NCBI GenBank assembly: GCA_900617105.1
Contig: UYFQ01000001.1
Coordinates: 1,674,001-1,738,000 of the forward strand
Origin: Hydrurus foetidus
Taxonomy: Eukaryota
Reading direction: 5' to 3'
Length of the DNA: 64,000 nucleotides
Under the pieces are notes generated by a model that worked only from the letters and a program-made list of their open reading frames with translations, made no database searches and had not been told where the DNA came from. The translations under genes were made by a program, and so were the position numbers. Numbering within the stretch: position 1 is the first letter of the stretch; every line of letters begins with the position of its first letter. Shown here piece after piece: positions 19,982-30,424 of this stretch.

Positions 19982-21370
19982 TTATGGGTGAGTCATTCTT
20001 GCGGGCACCACCCAAGCATCAAACTGCTCACCCGTCACATGGCCTGACGCAATGGCTGCATCACGCAGGCTGGTGCCTTCCTTGTGCGCTTTTTTGGCAA
20101 TGAATGCCGCTTTGTCGTAGCCGATGTGCGGGTTGAGCGCGGTCACCAGCATCAGCGATGCACGCACCAGCTCCGCTATGCGTTCGCGATTCGGCTCAAT
20201 GCCGACTGCACAGTGGTCGTTGAAGCTGGTTAGCCCATCAGATAGCAGCCGCACACTCTGCAAAAAGTTATGCGCAATCATCGGCCTGAAAACATTGAGC
20301 TCAAAGTTACCTGACGCACCACCAAAATTGATAGCAACATCATTGCCAAACACTTGGGCGCAGAGCATGGTCATCGCTTCGCTTTGCGTGGGGTTGACCT
20401 TGCCCGGCATGATGGATGAGCCGGGTTCATTTTCAGGAATGCTCAGCTCACCGATGCCGCTGCGTGGCCCGCTGGCCAGCCAGCGAATGTCGTTGGCAAT
20501 TTTCATCGCACTGGCGCTAAGGGTTTTCAGCGCGCCATGCGCATGCACTAACGCATCGCATGACGCAAGCGCTTCAAATTTATTTGGCGCGGTGACAAAC
20601 GGCAGCGCGGTGAGGTCGGCCAATTCAACGGCAACATCGTGCGCGTAGGTTTTAGGCGCGTTCAAGCCCGTGCCCACCGCTGTACCGCCCAACGCCAGCT
20701 CGTACAAATGCGGCAGCGCGGCGTGCAAATGCCGCTCACCGTGCTCTAGCTGCGCCACATAGCCTGAGAACTCTTGCCCCAGCGTGAGTGGCGTGGCGTC
20801 TTGCAAATGCGTGCGGCCAATTTTGACGATGCTTTCAAATTCCTTTGACTTGCGCGCCAGCGTGGTGCGCAGCTTTTCAATGGCAGGCAGCAGTTTTTCC
20901 GTGATACCAACAACTGAAGCAATGTGCACAGCCGTGGGAAATACATCGTTCGATGACTGGCTGCGGTTCACGTCGTCATTCGGGTGAACCAAGCGCCCTT
21001 CGCCGCGCTGGCCACCCATCAGCTCACTTGCACGATTGGCCAGCACTTCGTTCACGTTCATATTGGTTTGCGTGCCCGAGCCCGTTTGCCACACCACCAG
21101 CGGGAACTCATCGGCATGTCGCCCGGCAATCACCTCATCAGCCGCGGCCACAATCGCATTGCTAATGACTTCGCTTTGCAAGCCGAGCGCGTGGTTGACG
21201 ATGCTCGATGAACGCTTGACTTGCGCCAGCGCCCGAATGATTTCACGCGGCATCAGCTCGCCCGAAATATCAAAGTTTTGCAGCGACCGCTGGGTCTGTG
21301 CGCCCCACAGCCTGTCAAACGATACAGAAATTGGGCCAAAGGAGTCGTGTTCAAGGCGGGTGTGGATCAT
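19982..21370 (-). CDS. fumC: Class II fumarate hydratase
   Basis: [30 protein letters not shown]. Confidence 0.96.
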   Translation of the reverse strand: MIHTRLEHDSFGPISVSFDRLWGAQTQRSLQNFDISGELMPREIIRALAQVKRSSSIVNHALGLQSEVISNAIVAAADEVIAGRHADEFPLVVWQTGSGTQTNMNVNEVLANRASELMGGQRGEGRLVHPNDDVNRSQSSNDVFPTAVHIASVVGITEKLLPAIEKLRTTLARKSKEFESIVKIGRTHLQDATPLTLGQEFSGYVAQLEHGERHLHAALPHLYELALGGTAVGTGLNAPKTYAHDVAVELADLTALPFVTAPNKFEALASCDALVHAHGALKTLSASAMKIANDIRWLASGPRSGIGELSIPENEPGSSIMPGKVNPTQSEAMTMLCAQVFGNDVAINFGGASGNFELNVFRPMIAHNFLQSVRLLSDGLTSFNDHCAVGIEPNRERIAELVRASLMLVTALNPHIGYDKAAFIAKKAHKEGTSLRDAAIASGHVTGEQFDAWVVPARMTHP

Positions 21371-21442
21371 GGCGCTTACCTGTCAAAATAATGGGCTGAT
21401 GCAGCCCTTGCAACCTTCGACTTATCCCACGAAAAGCACTTC

Positions 21443-23017
21443 ATGACAATCATCAAACAGGCCGACCTGATCGAATCCATTGCCGCCGCCCTGCAATACA
21501 TCAGCTACTACCACCCTGCCGACTACATCGCCCACCTGGCACGCGCCTACGAGGCCGAGCAAAGCCCCGCTGCCAAAGACGCCATTGCACAAATTTTGAC
21601 CAACAGCAAAATGAGCGCAACCGGCCAACGCCCGATTTGCCAGGACACCGGCATCGTCAATGTGTTTTTAAAAATCGGCATGGACGTGCGCTGGGAAGGC
21701 TTCACCGGATCCGTTGACGACGCAGTAAATGAAGGCGTGCGCCGTGGCTACAACCACCCCGACAACACCCTGCGTGCGTCGGTAGTGGCTGACCCACAAT
21801 TCGACCGCAAAAACACAAAAGACAACACACCCGCCGTGATTTTTACCGAGCTGGTGGCAGGCAATACGTTTGAGGTGACGGTGGCAGCCAAAGGCGGCGG
21901 CAGTGAGAACAAAAGCAAGCTGGCCATGCTGAACCCTGGCGACAGCATTGTTGACTGGGTGCTGAAAACCGTGCCCACCATGGGCGCAGGCTGGTGCCCG
22001 CCGGGCATGCTGGGCATTGGCATTGGCGGCACGGCTGAAAAAGCGATGCTGCTGGCCAAAGAAAGCTTGATGGAAGACCTGGACATGTATGAGCTGCAGG
22101 CCAAAGCCAAGTCGGGTGCAGCACTGACCAAGGTAGAGGCCCTGCGCATTGAGCTGTACGAAAAGGTCAACGCCCTGGGAATAGGCGCGCAAGGCCTGGG
22201 CGGCTTGACCACGGTGCTGGATGTGAAGATCAACATGTACCCCACCCACGCAGCTGGCAAGCCGGTGGCGATGATTCCCAACTGCGCCGCAACACGCCAC
22301 GCCCATTTTGTGATGGATGGCAGTGGCCCGGTGTACCTGACGCCGCCCCCGCTCAGCACCTGGCCAGACGTGAACTGGACGCCCGATTACGTCAAAAGCA
22401 AAGCCGTGAACCTGAACACGCTGACCAAAGCCGAGGTAGCGAGCTGGAAGCCCGGCGACACGCTGCTGCTCAGCGGCAAAATGCTGACCGGCCGCGACGC
22501 CGCGCACAAACGCATTCAAACCATGCTGGAAAACTTGGATAAAGGGGGCGAACCACTGCCAGTTGACTTCACTAACCGCGTGATTTACTACGTGGGCCCT
22601 GTCGACCCTGTCAAAGGCGAAGCCGTCGGCCCCGCAGGCCCCACCACCGCCACCCGCATGGACGGCTTTACCGAAATGATGCTGGCCCAAACCGGCTTGA
22701 TCAGCATGATCGGCAAAGCCGAGCGCGGCCCAGAAGGCATTGCAGCGATTAAAAAACACAAAAGTGCTTACCTGATGGCCGTAGGTGGCGCAGCGTATTT
22801 GGTATCAAAAGCCATCAAACACGCCAAGGTTGTCGGCTTTGCCGACCTTGGAATGGAAGCGATTTACGAGTTTGATGTGGTGGACATGCCGGTCACAGTG
22901 GCGGTGGATTCAGGCGGCACGAGTGCGCACATTACCGGGCCTGCTGAATGGCAAAAGCGGATTGCTGAGTCGGTGAAGTCGGGTGAATTTAAGGGGATTA
23001 CGGTGGCTGCGGCCTGA
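21443..23017 (+). CDS. Class I Fe-S fumarate hydratase
   Basis: PICQDTG, KGGGSENK, GRDAAH, GPTTATRM. Confidence 0.93.
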   Translation: MTIIKQADLIESIAAALQYISYYHPADYIAHLARAYEAEQSPAAKDAIAQILTNSKMSATGQRPICQDTGIVNVFLKIGMDVRWEGFTGSVDDAVNEGVRRGYNHPDNTLRASVVADPQFDRKNTKDNTPAVIFTELVAGNTFEVTVAAKGGGSENKSKLAMLNPGDSIVDWVLKTVPTMGAGWCPPGMLGIGIGGTAEKAMLLAKESLMEDLDMYELQAKAKSGAALTKVEALRIELYEKVNALGIGAQGLGGLTTVLDVKINMYPTHAAGKPVAMIPNCAATRHAHFVMDGSGPVYLTPPPLSTWPDVNWTPDYVKSKAVNLNTLTKAEVASWKPGDTLLLSGKMLTGRDAAHKRIQTMLENLDKGGEPLPVDFTNRVIYYVGPVDPVKGEAVGPAGPTTATRMDGFTEMMLAQTGLISMIGKAERGPEGIAAIKKHKSAYLMAVGGAAYLVSKAIKHAKVVGFADLGMEAIYEFDVVDMPVTVAVDSGGTSAHITGPAEWQKRIAESVKSGEFKGITVAAA

Positions 23018-23101
23018 CCTCTTTTCACTGATCGAGCAATTTGCACCAACGACGCGGGAAATCTTGCATTTCTGGTGCAAATCGTTTAAAATCAAGGACT
23101 T

Positions 23102-24148
23102 ATGATCTATAAAAAGTCACAATATCTGCCTTTTTCAGCCGACGCGCAGCGATTAGCGGCTAATTTAGAGCAAGCTCACAGCTTCTGGCTGGACGCAAGG
23201 CAGACGCTGCAAGCTTTGCCCAACTCGATGTATTGGGCAGAACGAGCAGGCCACCAATACCTTTACGTCAAGCAAACCAGCACTGACAACGGCACTAGCT
23301 TAGGCGTGCTCAGCGCGCAAACTGAAGCCCAACTGTCCGCGTACAGCGAGGAACGAAAAAACGCCCTGGAGCGTGCCGCATCCGCCGACGCGCTGATTCA
23401 AACACGCACAGCACTCTACCGCCGCATGCGCATGCCAACGCTGCCCGACAAACAGGCAGAAATTTTGCGCAAGCTGGACATCGAAGGTTTGTTGGGCACC
23501 GACCTGATGGTGGTCGGCACCAACGCATTTTCAGCCTACGAATGGGCGGCGAATGCGACATTTCCTGTTGGCAATGAACAAACCCAAGACTTTGATTTGA
23601 CGTGGTGCAGAGACACCCCCGCGTCGCTGACATTGACAGGTACGGACTTTGATAAAAAAACACGTAAAACGCTCTTCAGCGTCTTGAGAAGCATCGACTC
23701 TAGCTACAAAATTAACCCACGCAAACCGTACCAAGCGCTAGATGCAGACGGCTACGAGGTAGAACTGCTGGCTGCACCCAGTTGTCACCCGCTGCCCAAA
23801 GAAGAAGCCTTTGCGCCCATGCAAACGCTGATCGAACAAGAGTGGCTATTGTTGGGCAGCCCGGTAAGCGCTGTGGTGGCTACTGAACGCGGCCGCGCTT
23901 GCCCGCTCACCGTGCCTGACCCGCGCTTCATGGGGCTGCACAAGTTGTGGCTGGCCGACAAGCCGCAGCGCAACCCAGCCAAGCGCGACAAAGACCGCCG
24001 GCAGGGAGATGTATTGCTTGATGCCGTACGCCACTTCATGCAGGCCAGCCACCCCATCAACGTTGATTTTGTGTTAGCACTGCCCGACGATTTGCGGCCA
24101 ACGTTCGACCAGTGGTGTGCTGCTCGTCAATTCGTTCCCGAACCATGA
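23102..24148 (+). CDS. GSU2403-like nucleotidyltransferase-fold protein
   Basis: VVGTNAFSAYE, TQDFD, VPDPRFMGLHKLWLA, KRDKDRRQG. Confidence 0.75.
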   Translation: MIYKKSQYLPFSADAQRLAANLEQAHSFWLDARQTLQALPNSMYWAERAGHQYLYVKQTSTDNGTSLGVLSAQTEAQLSAYSEERKNALERAASADALIQTRTALYRRMRMPTLPDKQAEILRKLDIEGLLGTDLMVVGTNAFSAYEWAANATFPVGNEQTQDFDLTWCRDTPASLTLTGTDFDKKTRKTLFSVLRSIDSSYKINPRKPYQALDADGYEVELLAAPSCHPLPKEEAFAPMQTLIEQEWLLLGSPVSAVVATERGRACPLTVPDPRFMGLHKLWLADKPQRNPAKRDKDRRQGDVLLDAVRHFMQASHPINVDFVLALPDDLRPTFDQWCAARQFVPEP

Positions 24149-24978
24149 CCCAACCCATAGGCATCTTCGACTCCGGCATAGGCGGCCTGAGTGTTTTAAA
24201 AGCGCTACTCACTGAATTGCCGAATGAGCACTTCATCTACCTCGCCGACAGCGGCCACGCGCCGTATGGCGAGCGGGACGATGCGCATGTGGTTGACCGG
24301 TCGTTAAAAATCGCTGCGCATTTAGCAAAACAAAACATCAAGGCGCTGGTGGTGGCTTGCAACACGGCCACCGCCGCTGCAATTGACGTGCTGCGCTCGC
24401 GTTACCCTGACTTGCCCATCATCGGCGTAGAGCCTGCTTTAAAACCCGCCGTGGCTCTCAGCAAAACCAAACGCATCGCCGTGATGGCTACCCGCAGCAC
24501 GCAAGGCAGCGCACGGTTTGCAGCGCTGTTGGCGGCGCAATCAGGGCAAGCACACTTTGAATTGCTGCACTGCGACGGCCTGGCAGAGGCAATTGAGAAG
24601 TCTGTTCACCAATCAAACGCTACTGAATTAATAGCTGCATGCGCCTCAATTATAAAGGCTACAGGTCTATTTGATCGTCAAAACACAGCCAAAAACAGCG
24701 AAAACGGTGCTGCCGCAGTAGACACCCTTGTGCTGGGCTGCACGCATTATCCGTTTGCTGCTGAACATATTCGGGCGCTCGTTGGCACTAGCGTACATCT
24801 GCTGGACACGGGCGAAGCCGTGGCTAGGCAAACGGCTCGGCTGGCGGGCGAACAGCGTGTGCATCAGCCACCCGTTCGACCAGTTGAATTCATCAGCACC
24901 GGCAACCCAGCAGCGTTGCGGGCGGCCGCAGCTACTTGGCTGGGGCTTCAAAGCGATGTTCAAATACTATCTATTTAG
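24145..24978 (+). CDS. murI: Glutamate racemase
   Basis: FDSGIGG, ACNTAT, LGCTHYP; ATGA overlap with upstream gene. Confidence 0.95.
   Translation: MTQPIGIFDSGIGGLSVLKALLTELPNEHFIYLADSGHAPYGERDDAHVVDRSLKIAAHLAKQNIKALVVACNTATAAAIDVLRSRYPDLPIIGVEPALKPAVALSKTKRIAVMATRSTQGSARFAALLAAQSGQAHFELLHCDGLAEAIEKSVHQSNATELIAACASIIKATGLFDRQNTAKNSENGAAAVDTLVLGCTHYPFAAEHIRALVGTSVHLLDTGEAVARQTARLAGEQRVHQPPVRPVEFISTGNPAALRAAAATWLGLQSDVQILSI
24619..24665 (+). repeat. Repeat family A, in frame inside murI
   Basis: GCTACTGAATTAATAGCTGCATGCGCC...AGGCTACAGG. Confidence 0.7.
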
Positions 24979-25277
24979 TAGCTGCTCGCGCCGGTATTCA
25001 TTGGTCTGCAGGCTGATACACCGCCTTACTCAAACGCCCACATCACAGCTGAGCCGTTCACAACCGGGGTTGATTTGCAAGGAAAGTCTCGCAGCTGGTG
25101 CCCGCCAAACTCAGGCACTGCAGCAGCTGTGAAATTTAATTAAAAAGGGTGTCGTGGTTATTTGGGTTGCTAGTGCAGCCAAACCGAGGCTAAAAAGCCG
25201 GAATATGACTCAAATTTATAGTCATTCAGGCCTGTAGCCCAATAAAATCGGGCGCGGGCAGCTACTGTAAACATAGC
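24966..25277. repeat. Inverted pair of family A repeats (24966-25013 +, 25229-25277 -)
   Basis: TAGCTGCTCGCGCCGGTATTCATTGG and CCTGTAGCCCAATAAAATCGGGCGCG. Confidence 0.8.
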
Positions 25278-25298
25278 CGTTTTACGCCCGCACCAGTG

Positions 25299-25511
25299 CT
25301 ATTTCTTTTTGCCGGCCAGCACAAAAGTGATTTTCATGCTGACACGATATTCGGTGATTTTGCCTTTGCTGACCACCACTTTTTGGTCTTGCACCCAAGC
25401 GCCTTGAATGTCAGCGATGGTTTCAGACGCGCGAGCGATTCCTGCTTTCACGGCGTCGTCAAAACTCTTTTTGCTGCTGGATGTGATCTCAAGTACTTTG
25501 GCAACTGACAT
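25299..25511 (-). CDS. Dodecin family protein
   Basis: KVLEITSSSKKSFDDAV...EYRVSMKITF. Confidence 0.88.
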   Translation of the reverse strand: MSVAKVLEITSSSKKSFDDAVKAGIARASETIADIQGAWVQDQKVVVSKGKITEYRVSMKITFVLAGKKK

Positions 25512-25616
25512 ACAAAACTCCTGGTAGTTAAAGAGTCAGAGCCACTTCGGGCCACCGCAAAGATAGCCGACAAACGCAGCGCTGGCAACCTGTGATTGCC
25601 ACCTTGGCATTACCAA

Positions 25617-26471
25617 CTAACCCCACAGCACAGACCGCATAGAAATCGATCCGCCCTGAAAACTCGTGTTAAAAAACCGCATGGGCTCATTAGCGTCCAC
25701 CGCACCCGCCGCATACAGCAGCGGCAAGTAATGTTCGTGTGTGGGGTGCGCCATTTTGGCCAGACTGCCCAGTTTTAAAAAGTTTTGCAGCGCGCCCAGG
25801 TTGCCTTGTTGAATATGCCCAGCGGTGGTTTGGTCAAACTCAATTGCCCAGTCGTAGGCTTGGCTGGCTGCTGCACCACGCTGCATTTCTCGCAGGTTGT
25901 GAACGATGTTGCCGCTCCCCACGATCAGCACGCCCCGTTCACGCAGGTTTTTTAGTTGCTGCGCCAGCGCGTAGTGGTCTTCAGGTGGCCTTGAATAATC
26001 CATGCTGAGCTGAATGACGGGAATGTCTGCCGCGGGAAACATCGGCTTTAAAACGCCCCACGCGCCGTGGTCAAGGCCCCAATGGTTAACGTCGAGCCCC
26101 AGCGGCTGCGAGCCGCGCTGCCGAACGATTTGGCTGATGGCACGCGCCGCCGCCGCGTCGCCCGGCGCGGGGTATTGCTGGTCAAACAGTTCTTGCGGGA
26201 AACCACCAAAGTCGTGAATGGTTTTGGGCTGGGGCATCGCTGTCAGCTGCCAGCCGTCTCCATTTTCACCCGTTAACCAATGGGCTGAAATGCACAAGAT
26301 CAGTCGCGGGCGCGGCCAGTTTGAGCCGAACTCAGCGCCCAGCGTTTGCCAGCTTTGGTAGTACTCGTTGCCGGGCAGCGCGTTCATGGGGCTGCCGTGG
26401 CCTAAAAAGAGCACAGGCATGCGGTCTGATTTACGCAGGGCTGCGATTTGGTCGATGGGCGTGACTTGCAT
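25617..26471 (-). CDS. ygiD: 4,5-DOPA extradiol dioxygenase family (LigB fold)
   Basis: GHGSPMN, ISAHW, GLDHGAW, GSGNIVHNL, HPTHEHYLP. Confidence 0.9.
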   Translation of the reverse strand: MQVTPIDQIAALRKSDRMPVLFLGHGSPMNALPGNEYYQSWQTLGAEFGSNWPRPRLILCISAHWLTGENGDGWQLTAMPQPKTIHDFGGFPQELFDQQYPAPGDAAAARAISQIVRQRGSQPLGLDVNHWGLDHGAWGVLKPMFPAADIPVIQLSMDYSRPPEDHYALAQQLKNLRERGVLIVGSGNIVHNLREMQRGAAASQAYDWAIEFDQTTAGHIQQGNLGALQNFLKLGSLAKMAHPTHEHYLPLLYAAGAVDANEPMRFFNTSFQGGSISMRSVLWG

Positions 26472-26684
26472 GGGTGGCGCGATAGGTAGGGGGCGTTGAA
26501 GAGGGCGTGTTCAAGATGGCCCAATTTTGACCAGCTCCAGAGTCTGGCACAAACCTAGCTTGCCAGTTACCGCAAAAGTTGGGCGAAATAGGCTGCAGAT
26601 GTGTCAAGTTTGATTTACACTATGTAGTGTCAACTTAAGTTGATTGAGGTGGTTACTCCAGATTACACACATTGCAACTGTTAT

Positions 26685-26703
26685 ATTGTTGCGGTGCAGC
26701 AAT
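26685..26703. promoter_or_regulatory. Candidate PhaR-type operator
   Basis: Palindrome ATTGTTGC-GGT-GCAGCAAT (TGC-N3-GCA core) 25 bp upstream of phaZ. Confidence 0.5.
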
Positions 26704-26728
26704 TTTAGTTTTTTCAAAGGTTCTTTTC

Positions 26729-28213
26729 ATGCTTTACCAAGCTTACGAAACCCAGCGTACCCTGATGGAGCCGTTTGTCGACTTTGCGCAAGCCGCCGCC
26801 AAAATGTACGGCAGCACGACAGGGCCATTGGCGCAAAACCCGTTTGTTCAGCGCATGGCGGCGGGCTACGGGCTGATTTACCGCTTAGGCAAAGACTACG
26901 AAAAGCCAACTTTTGGCATTCAAACCATCAACGATGGCCAGGTTGAAATTGCGATTCATGAACGCATTGAAATCGACAAGCCGTTTTGCGAGCTGCGCCG
27001 CTTCAAACGCTTTTCAGACGACACCGACGTGCTGGCCAAGCTTAAAGACCAGCCGGCCGTGCTGATTGTGGCCCCGCTGTCGGGCCACTACGCAACGCTT
27101 TTGCGCGACACGGTTAAAACCATGCTCAAAGACCACAAGGTCTACATCACCGACTGGAAAAACGCACGTTTGATTCCGCTGTCTGAAGGCGAGTTTCACC
27201 TGGACGACTATGTGAACTACGTGCAAGAGTTCATTCGCCACCTGCAGGGCAAGTACGGCAATTGCCACGTGATTAGCGTGTGCCAGCCGACCGTGCCTGT
27301 GTTTGCTGCTATCAGTTTGATGGCATCGCGCGGCGAAACCACCCCGCTGTCGATGACCATGATGGGTGGGCCGATTGATGCGCGCAAGTCGCCCACATCG
27401 GTCAACAACCTGGCCGTGAACAAGCCGTTTTCGTGGTTTGAAAACAATGTGATTTACAAAGTGCCGAGCAACTTTGCAGGCGTAGGCCGCCGCGTGTACC
27501 CGGGCTTTTTGCAGCACACCGGTTTTGTGGCCATGAACCCCAGTAACCACGCCAACAGCCACTTCGATTACTTTAAAAACCTGGTCAAAGGTGATGAGGC
27601 CAGCGCGGAAGTTCACCGCAAGTTTTACGACGAGTACAACGCCGTGCTCGATATGGACGCTGACTACTATTTGGAAACCATTGACGTGGTGTTCCAAAAA
27701 TACAAGCTGGTCAATGGCACATGGGACGTGAAATCGGTCAAAGGCCAGCTCGAGCGCGTCAAACCCGGCGACATTAAAACTACTCGCGTGATGACAGTAG
27801 AAGGCGAGCTGGACGATATTTCAGGTTCAGGCCAAACCCGTGCGGCTTTAGACATGTGCACCGGCGTGCCAGCTGCGCATAAAAAGCATTTTGAAGCTCT
27901 TGGAGCGGGCCACTACGGTATTTTCAGCGGCAGGCGCTGGCGCGAGGCGGTGTACCCGGCCGTCACAGCGTTTATTTTAGAGGCCAATAAAGCCCTGAAA
28001 AAACCGTCTAGCAAGCCTATAAACTCCGGCGTAAGCCAATCAATACGGGCGCAAGCAGCTCCTAAAAAGCTATCGCTGGTGAAGGCTGTGGCAAAACCTG
28101 TTGGTAAACCTGTTTCCAAACGTATTGCCAAACCTCTTGTTAAAGCCGTAGCTAAACCGATGGCTAAAACGGCTGCCAAGCGGGTGCCAGTCAACGCAGC
28201 GCGCAGCAAATAA
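26729..28213 (+). CDS. phaZ: Intracellular PHA depolymerase with Lys/Ala/Pro-rich tail
   Basis: APLSGHYATL, SVCQP, EGELDDI, GHYGIF. Confidence 0.92.
   Translation: MLYQAYETQRTLMEPFVDFAQAAAKMYGSTTGPLAQNPFVQRMAAGYGLIYRLGKDYEKPTFGIQTINDGQVEIAIHERIEIDKPFCELRRFKRFSDDTDVLAKLKDQPAVLIVAPLSGHYATLLRDTVKTMLKDHKVYITDWKNARLIPLSEGEFHLDDYVNYVQEFIRHLQGKYGNCHVISVCQPTVPVFAAISLMASRGETTPLSMTMMGGPIDARKSPTSVNNLAVNKPFSWFENNVIYKVPSNFAGVGRRVYPGFLQHTGFVAMNPSNHANSHFDYFKNLVKGDEASAEVHRKFYDEYNAVLDMDADYYLETIDVVFQKYKLVNGTWDVKSVKGQLERVKPGDIKTTRVMTVEGELDDISGSGQTRAALDMCTGVPAAHKKHFEALGAGHYGIFSGRRWREAVYPAVTAFILEANKALKKPSSKPINSGVSQSIRAQAAPKKLSLVKAVAKPVGKPVSKRIAKPLVKAVAKPMAKTAAKRVPVNAARSK
28028..28075 (-). repeat. Repeat family A inside phaZ
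   Basis: GCCAATCAATACGGGCGCAAGCAGC. Confidence 0.7.
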
Positions 28214-28230
28214 AGCAGGACAATACCGGG

Positions 28231-28869
28231 GTGACCCACCCCGCTACTTCTTCGCTGGCCAACCTGACCAGTCAGCTCCACGCTGCGCTGCCGCAAACGC
28301 AGTGCACGCGCTGCGGCTACCCTGATTGCCTGGCTTACGCAGAGGCGATTGCCACGGGCAACGCAGCCATCAACCAATGCCCGCCAGGCGGCTCTGTTGG
28401 CGTTGCTCGACTGGCAGCCATCATGGGCCAAGCCGCCCTGCCCTTAAACCCTGCCAACGGTCTTGAAGCACCGCGCAGCGTCGCGGTAATTGACGAAGCC
28501 TGGTGCATTGGCTGCACGCTGTGCCTACCCGCCTGCCCGACCGACGCCATACTGGGCAGCAACAAAATGATGCACACCGTGATTGAGCCACACTGCACGG
28601 GCTGCGAGCTGTGCATTGCGGCTTGTCCGGTTGACTGCATCAGCCTGGAAAACGTCACGGGAGACCTCACCGGCTGGGCCGCGTGGTCACAAGTGCAGGC
28701 TGACCACGCGCTTGAACGCTATACCTTTCATAGCTGCTCGCGCCCGAATTCATTGAGTAAAACCGCAAAAACGCCCTTAAAAACGCCTCAAAACACCGTT
28801 GAAACGACCACCAAGCAATCGGTGATTGAAGCGGCGCTGGCAAAGTCACGTGCGCAGCGACTGAAGTAA
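28231..28869 (+). CDS. rsxB: RnfB/RsxB-like ferredoxin
   Basis: LPQTQCTRCGYPDC, CPPGG, two CxxCxxCxxxCP motifs. Confidence 0.88.
   Translation: MTHPATSSLANLTSQLHAALPQTQCTRCGYPDCLAYAEAIATGNAAINQCPPGGSVGVARLAAIMGQAALPLNPANGLEAPRSVAVIDEAWCIGCTLCLPACPTDAILGSNKMMHTVIEPHCTGCELCIAACPVDCISLENVTGDLTGWAAWSQVQADHALERYTFHSCSRPNSLSKTAKTPLKTPQNTVETTTKQSVIEAALAKSRAQRLK
28718..28760 (+). repeat. Repeat family A inside rsxB
   Basis: GCTATACCTTTCATAGCTGCTCGCGCCCGAATTCATTG. Confidence 0.75.
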
Positions 28870-29463
28870 ATTGAAGGCTAGGTAAAACATCGTCAGCGCC
28901 AGCAAGCCGTCTAGCAGCCGCCAGGCCAGCGGCCTGGCAAACACGGGTGCCAGCCAGCGAGCACCAAAACCAATCGCAACAAACCACAGCAGGCTCATGC
29001 TGGCCGCACCGGCCCAGAACAGCAGCCGGTCATGAAACAGGTACTGCGAACCAACCAAGCCGACCAGAAACACGGTGTCCAGGTAAACATGCGGGTTTAG
29101 CAGCGACACTGCCAGCGTTTGGCCTAGCGCTACTGCGAGGCCGCGCGCCGCATCGTGCCCAGCCGCTACCTGCAGGGCGCTTGACCTGCAAGCCCGCCAA
29201 GCAGCGCTTAGCCCGTAGCCAAGCAAAAACGAAACTCCCAGCCAAGTGACCCAAGTCAAAACACCCGGCTGCAGCCGGGCCGCGCTTGCTACCCCAAAAA
29301 CCCCCACCGCCATCAAAATCGCATCAACGAGCGCACAAGTCAGCACCACCAGCGCCACATGCTCACGCCGAATGCCCTGGCGCAGCACATGCACGTTTTG
29401 CGCGCCAATGGCAATGATCAATGAGCCGCTAAGTGCCAGCCCGGCGATGAATGATGTGGTCAT
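28846..29463 (-). CDS. LysE/ArgO amino-acid exporter
   Basis: IIAIGAQNVHVLRQG, LNPHVYLDT. Confidence 0.9.
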   Translation of the reverse strand: MTTSFIAGLALSGSLIIAIGAQNVHVLRQGIRREHVALVVLTCALVDAILMAVGVFGVASAARLQPGVLTWVTWLGVSFLLGYGLSAAWRACRSSALQVAAGHDAARGLAVALGQTLAVSLLNPHVYLDTVFLVGLVGSQYLFHDRLLFWAGAASMSLLWFVAIGFGARWLAPVFARPLAWRLLDGLLALTMFYLAFNLLQSLRT

Positions 29464-29518
29464 CGCTGCCCGCTAAAAGCCGGGGCAACAGCACTGGCGC
29501 CTACATGCCGAGTCAAAG

Positions 29519-30376
29519 CTATTTGGGCCCGGTAATACGCAGGTTCATGAACTGCAGCGCATCGCCCAACGTGTCGCGCCACACCATCCATTCATGGTCG
29601 CCGTCGATCACGCGCAGCTCTATGTCTTTGGGTTGGTGCAGGCGCAGCTTGTCGTACAGCATGGCCGCTTGCAGGGCAATTCCAAAGGTGTCGTGGTCCC
29701 CCGAGTTGATGTACAGCGGCACGATCACGCCGGACTTTTTGTAGCCGTCAATGTGGCTCACGTAGTTGAGCGACTTCCACAAATCCGCATCAAACTTGCC
29801 GTCTTTTTGAAACGGCGGGTTGCGCACACCTGAAGACGTTGGCGGCGGCACTGGGTCGTAAATAGCCGGGCTCAAAATGGCGCTGGCAGCGAACATTTGC
29901 GGGTACTTCATAATCAGGTTCAGCGCGCCAAAACCACCGGCCGACAAGCCCGCAATCAGCCGGTTACCGCGCACCGCGTCAATGCGGTACTTGCCTTCAG
30001 CGTGCGGCATGACTTCTTTGACCAGCGCGGTTTCGCCTTTTTCTTTGGCACCATCCACCCACCACGCAGCCGTGTGGCCGGGCATCACGACGATCATGGG
30101 TTTGATAAGCCTGCGGGCGATCAGCGCGTCCATCGTTTCGCGCGCCCCGCCTTTGGCCAGCCATTCGTTTTCGTCACCTCCGGCGCCGTGCAGCAAGTAC
30201 AGCACCGGGTACTTGCGGGTGTCCGTTTTGTAGCCGTCGGGCAGGTACACGGTGTACTTGTAGTCGCGCCCAATGGCTTCTGACTTGAAAGTTTCAGTAA
30301 TGACTTCTCCCGCATGCGCGGCCCAAACCAGCAGCAGGCACAGTGCGGCTAAAAAATAAACGCGAATTTGTTTCAT
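29519..30376 (-). CDS. Secreted alpha/beta-hydrolase esterase
   Basis: Signal peptide, YPVLYLLHG, GLSAGG, GDHEW. Confidence 0.88.
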   Translation of the reverse strand: MKQIRVYFLAALCLLLVWAAHAGEVITETFKSEAIGRDYKYTVYLPDGYKTDTRKYPVLYLLHGAGGDENEWLAKGGARETMDALIARRLIKPMIVVMPGHTAAWWVDGAKEKGETALVKEVMPHAEGKYRIDAVRGNRLIAGLSAGGFGALNLIMKYPQMFAASAILSPAIYDPVPPPTSSGVRNPPFQKDGKFDADLWKSLNYVSHIDGYKKSGVIVPLYINSGDHDTFGIALQAAMLYDKLRLHQPKDIELRVIDGDHEWMVWRDTLGDALQFMNLRITGPK

Positions 30377-30424
30377 GTTGATGTCTCCTGTTTTTATCTT
30401 GGCAAACTAACTTGACTAATCTAA

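Noticed and set aside
21668..22759. Long antisense ORFs (also 50670..51632, 56587..57306, 27014..27697)
   Set aside because: Codon-bias shadows of well-supported genes with no motifs
28231..28869. Broken Rnf operon
   Set aside because: A stand-alone rsxB-like gene is common in Burkholderiales
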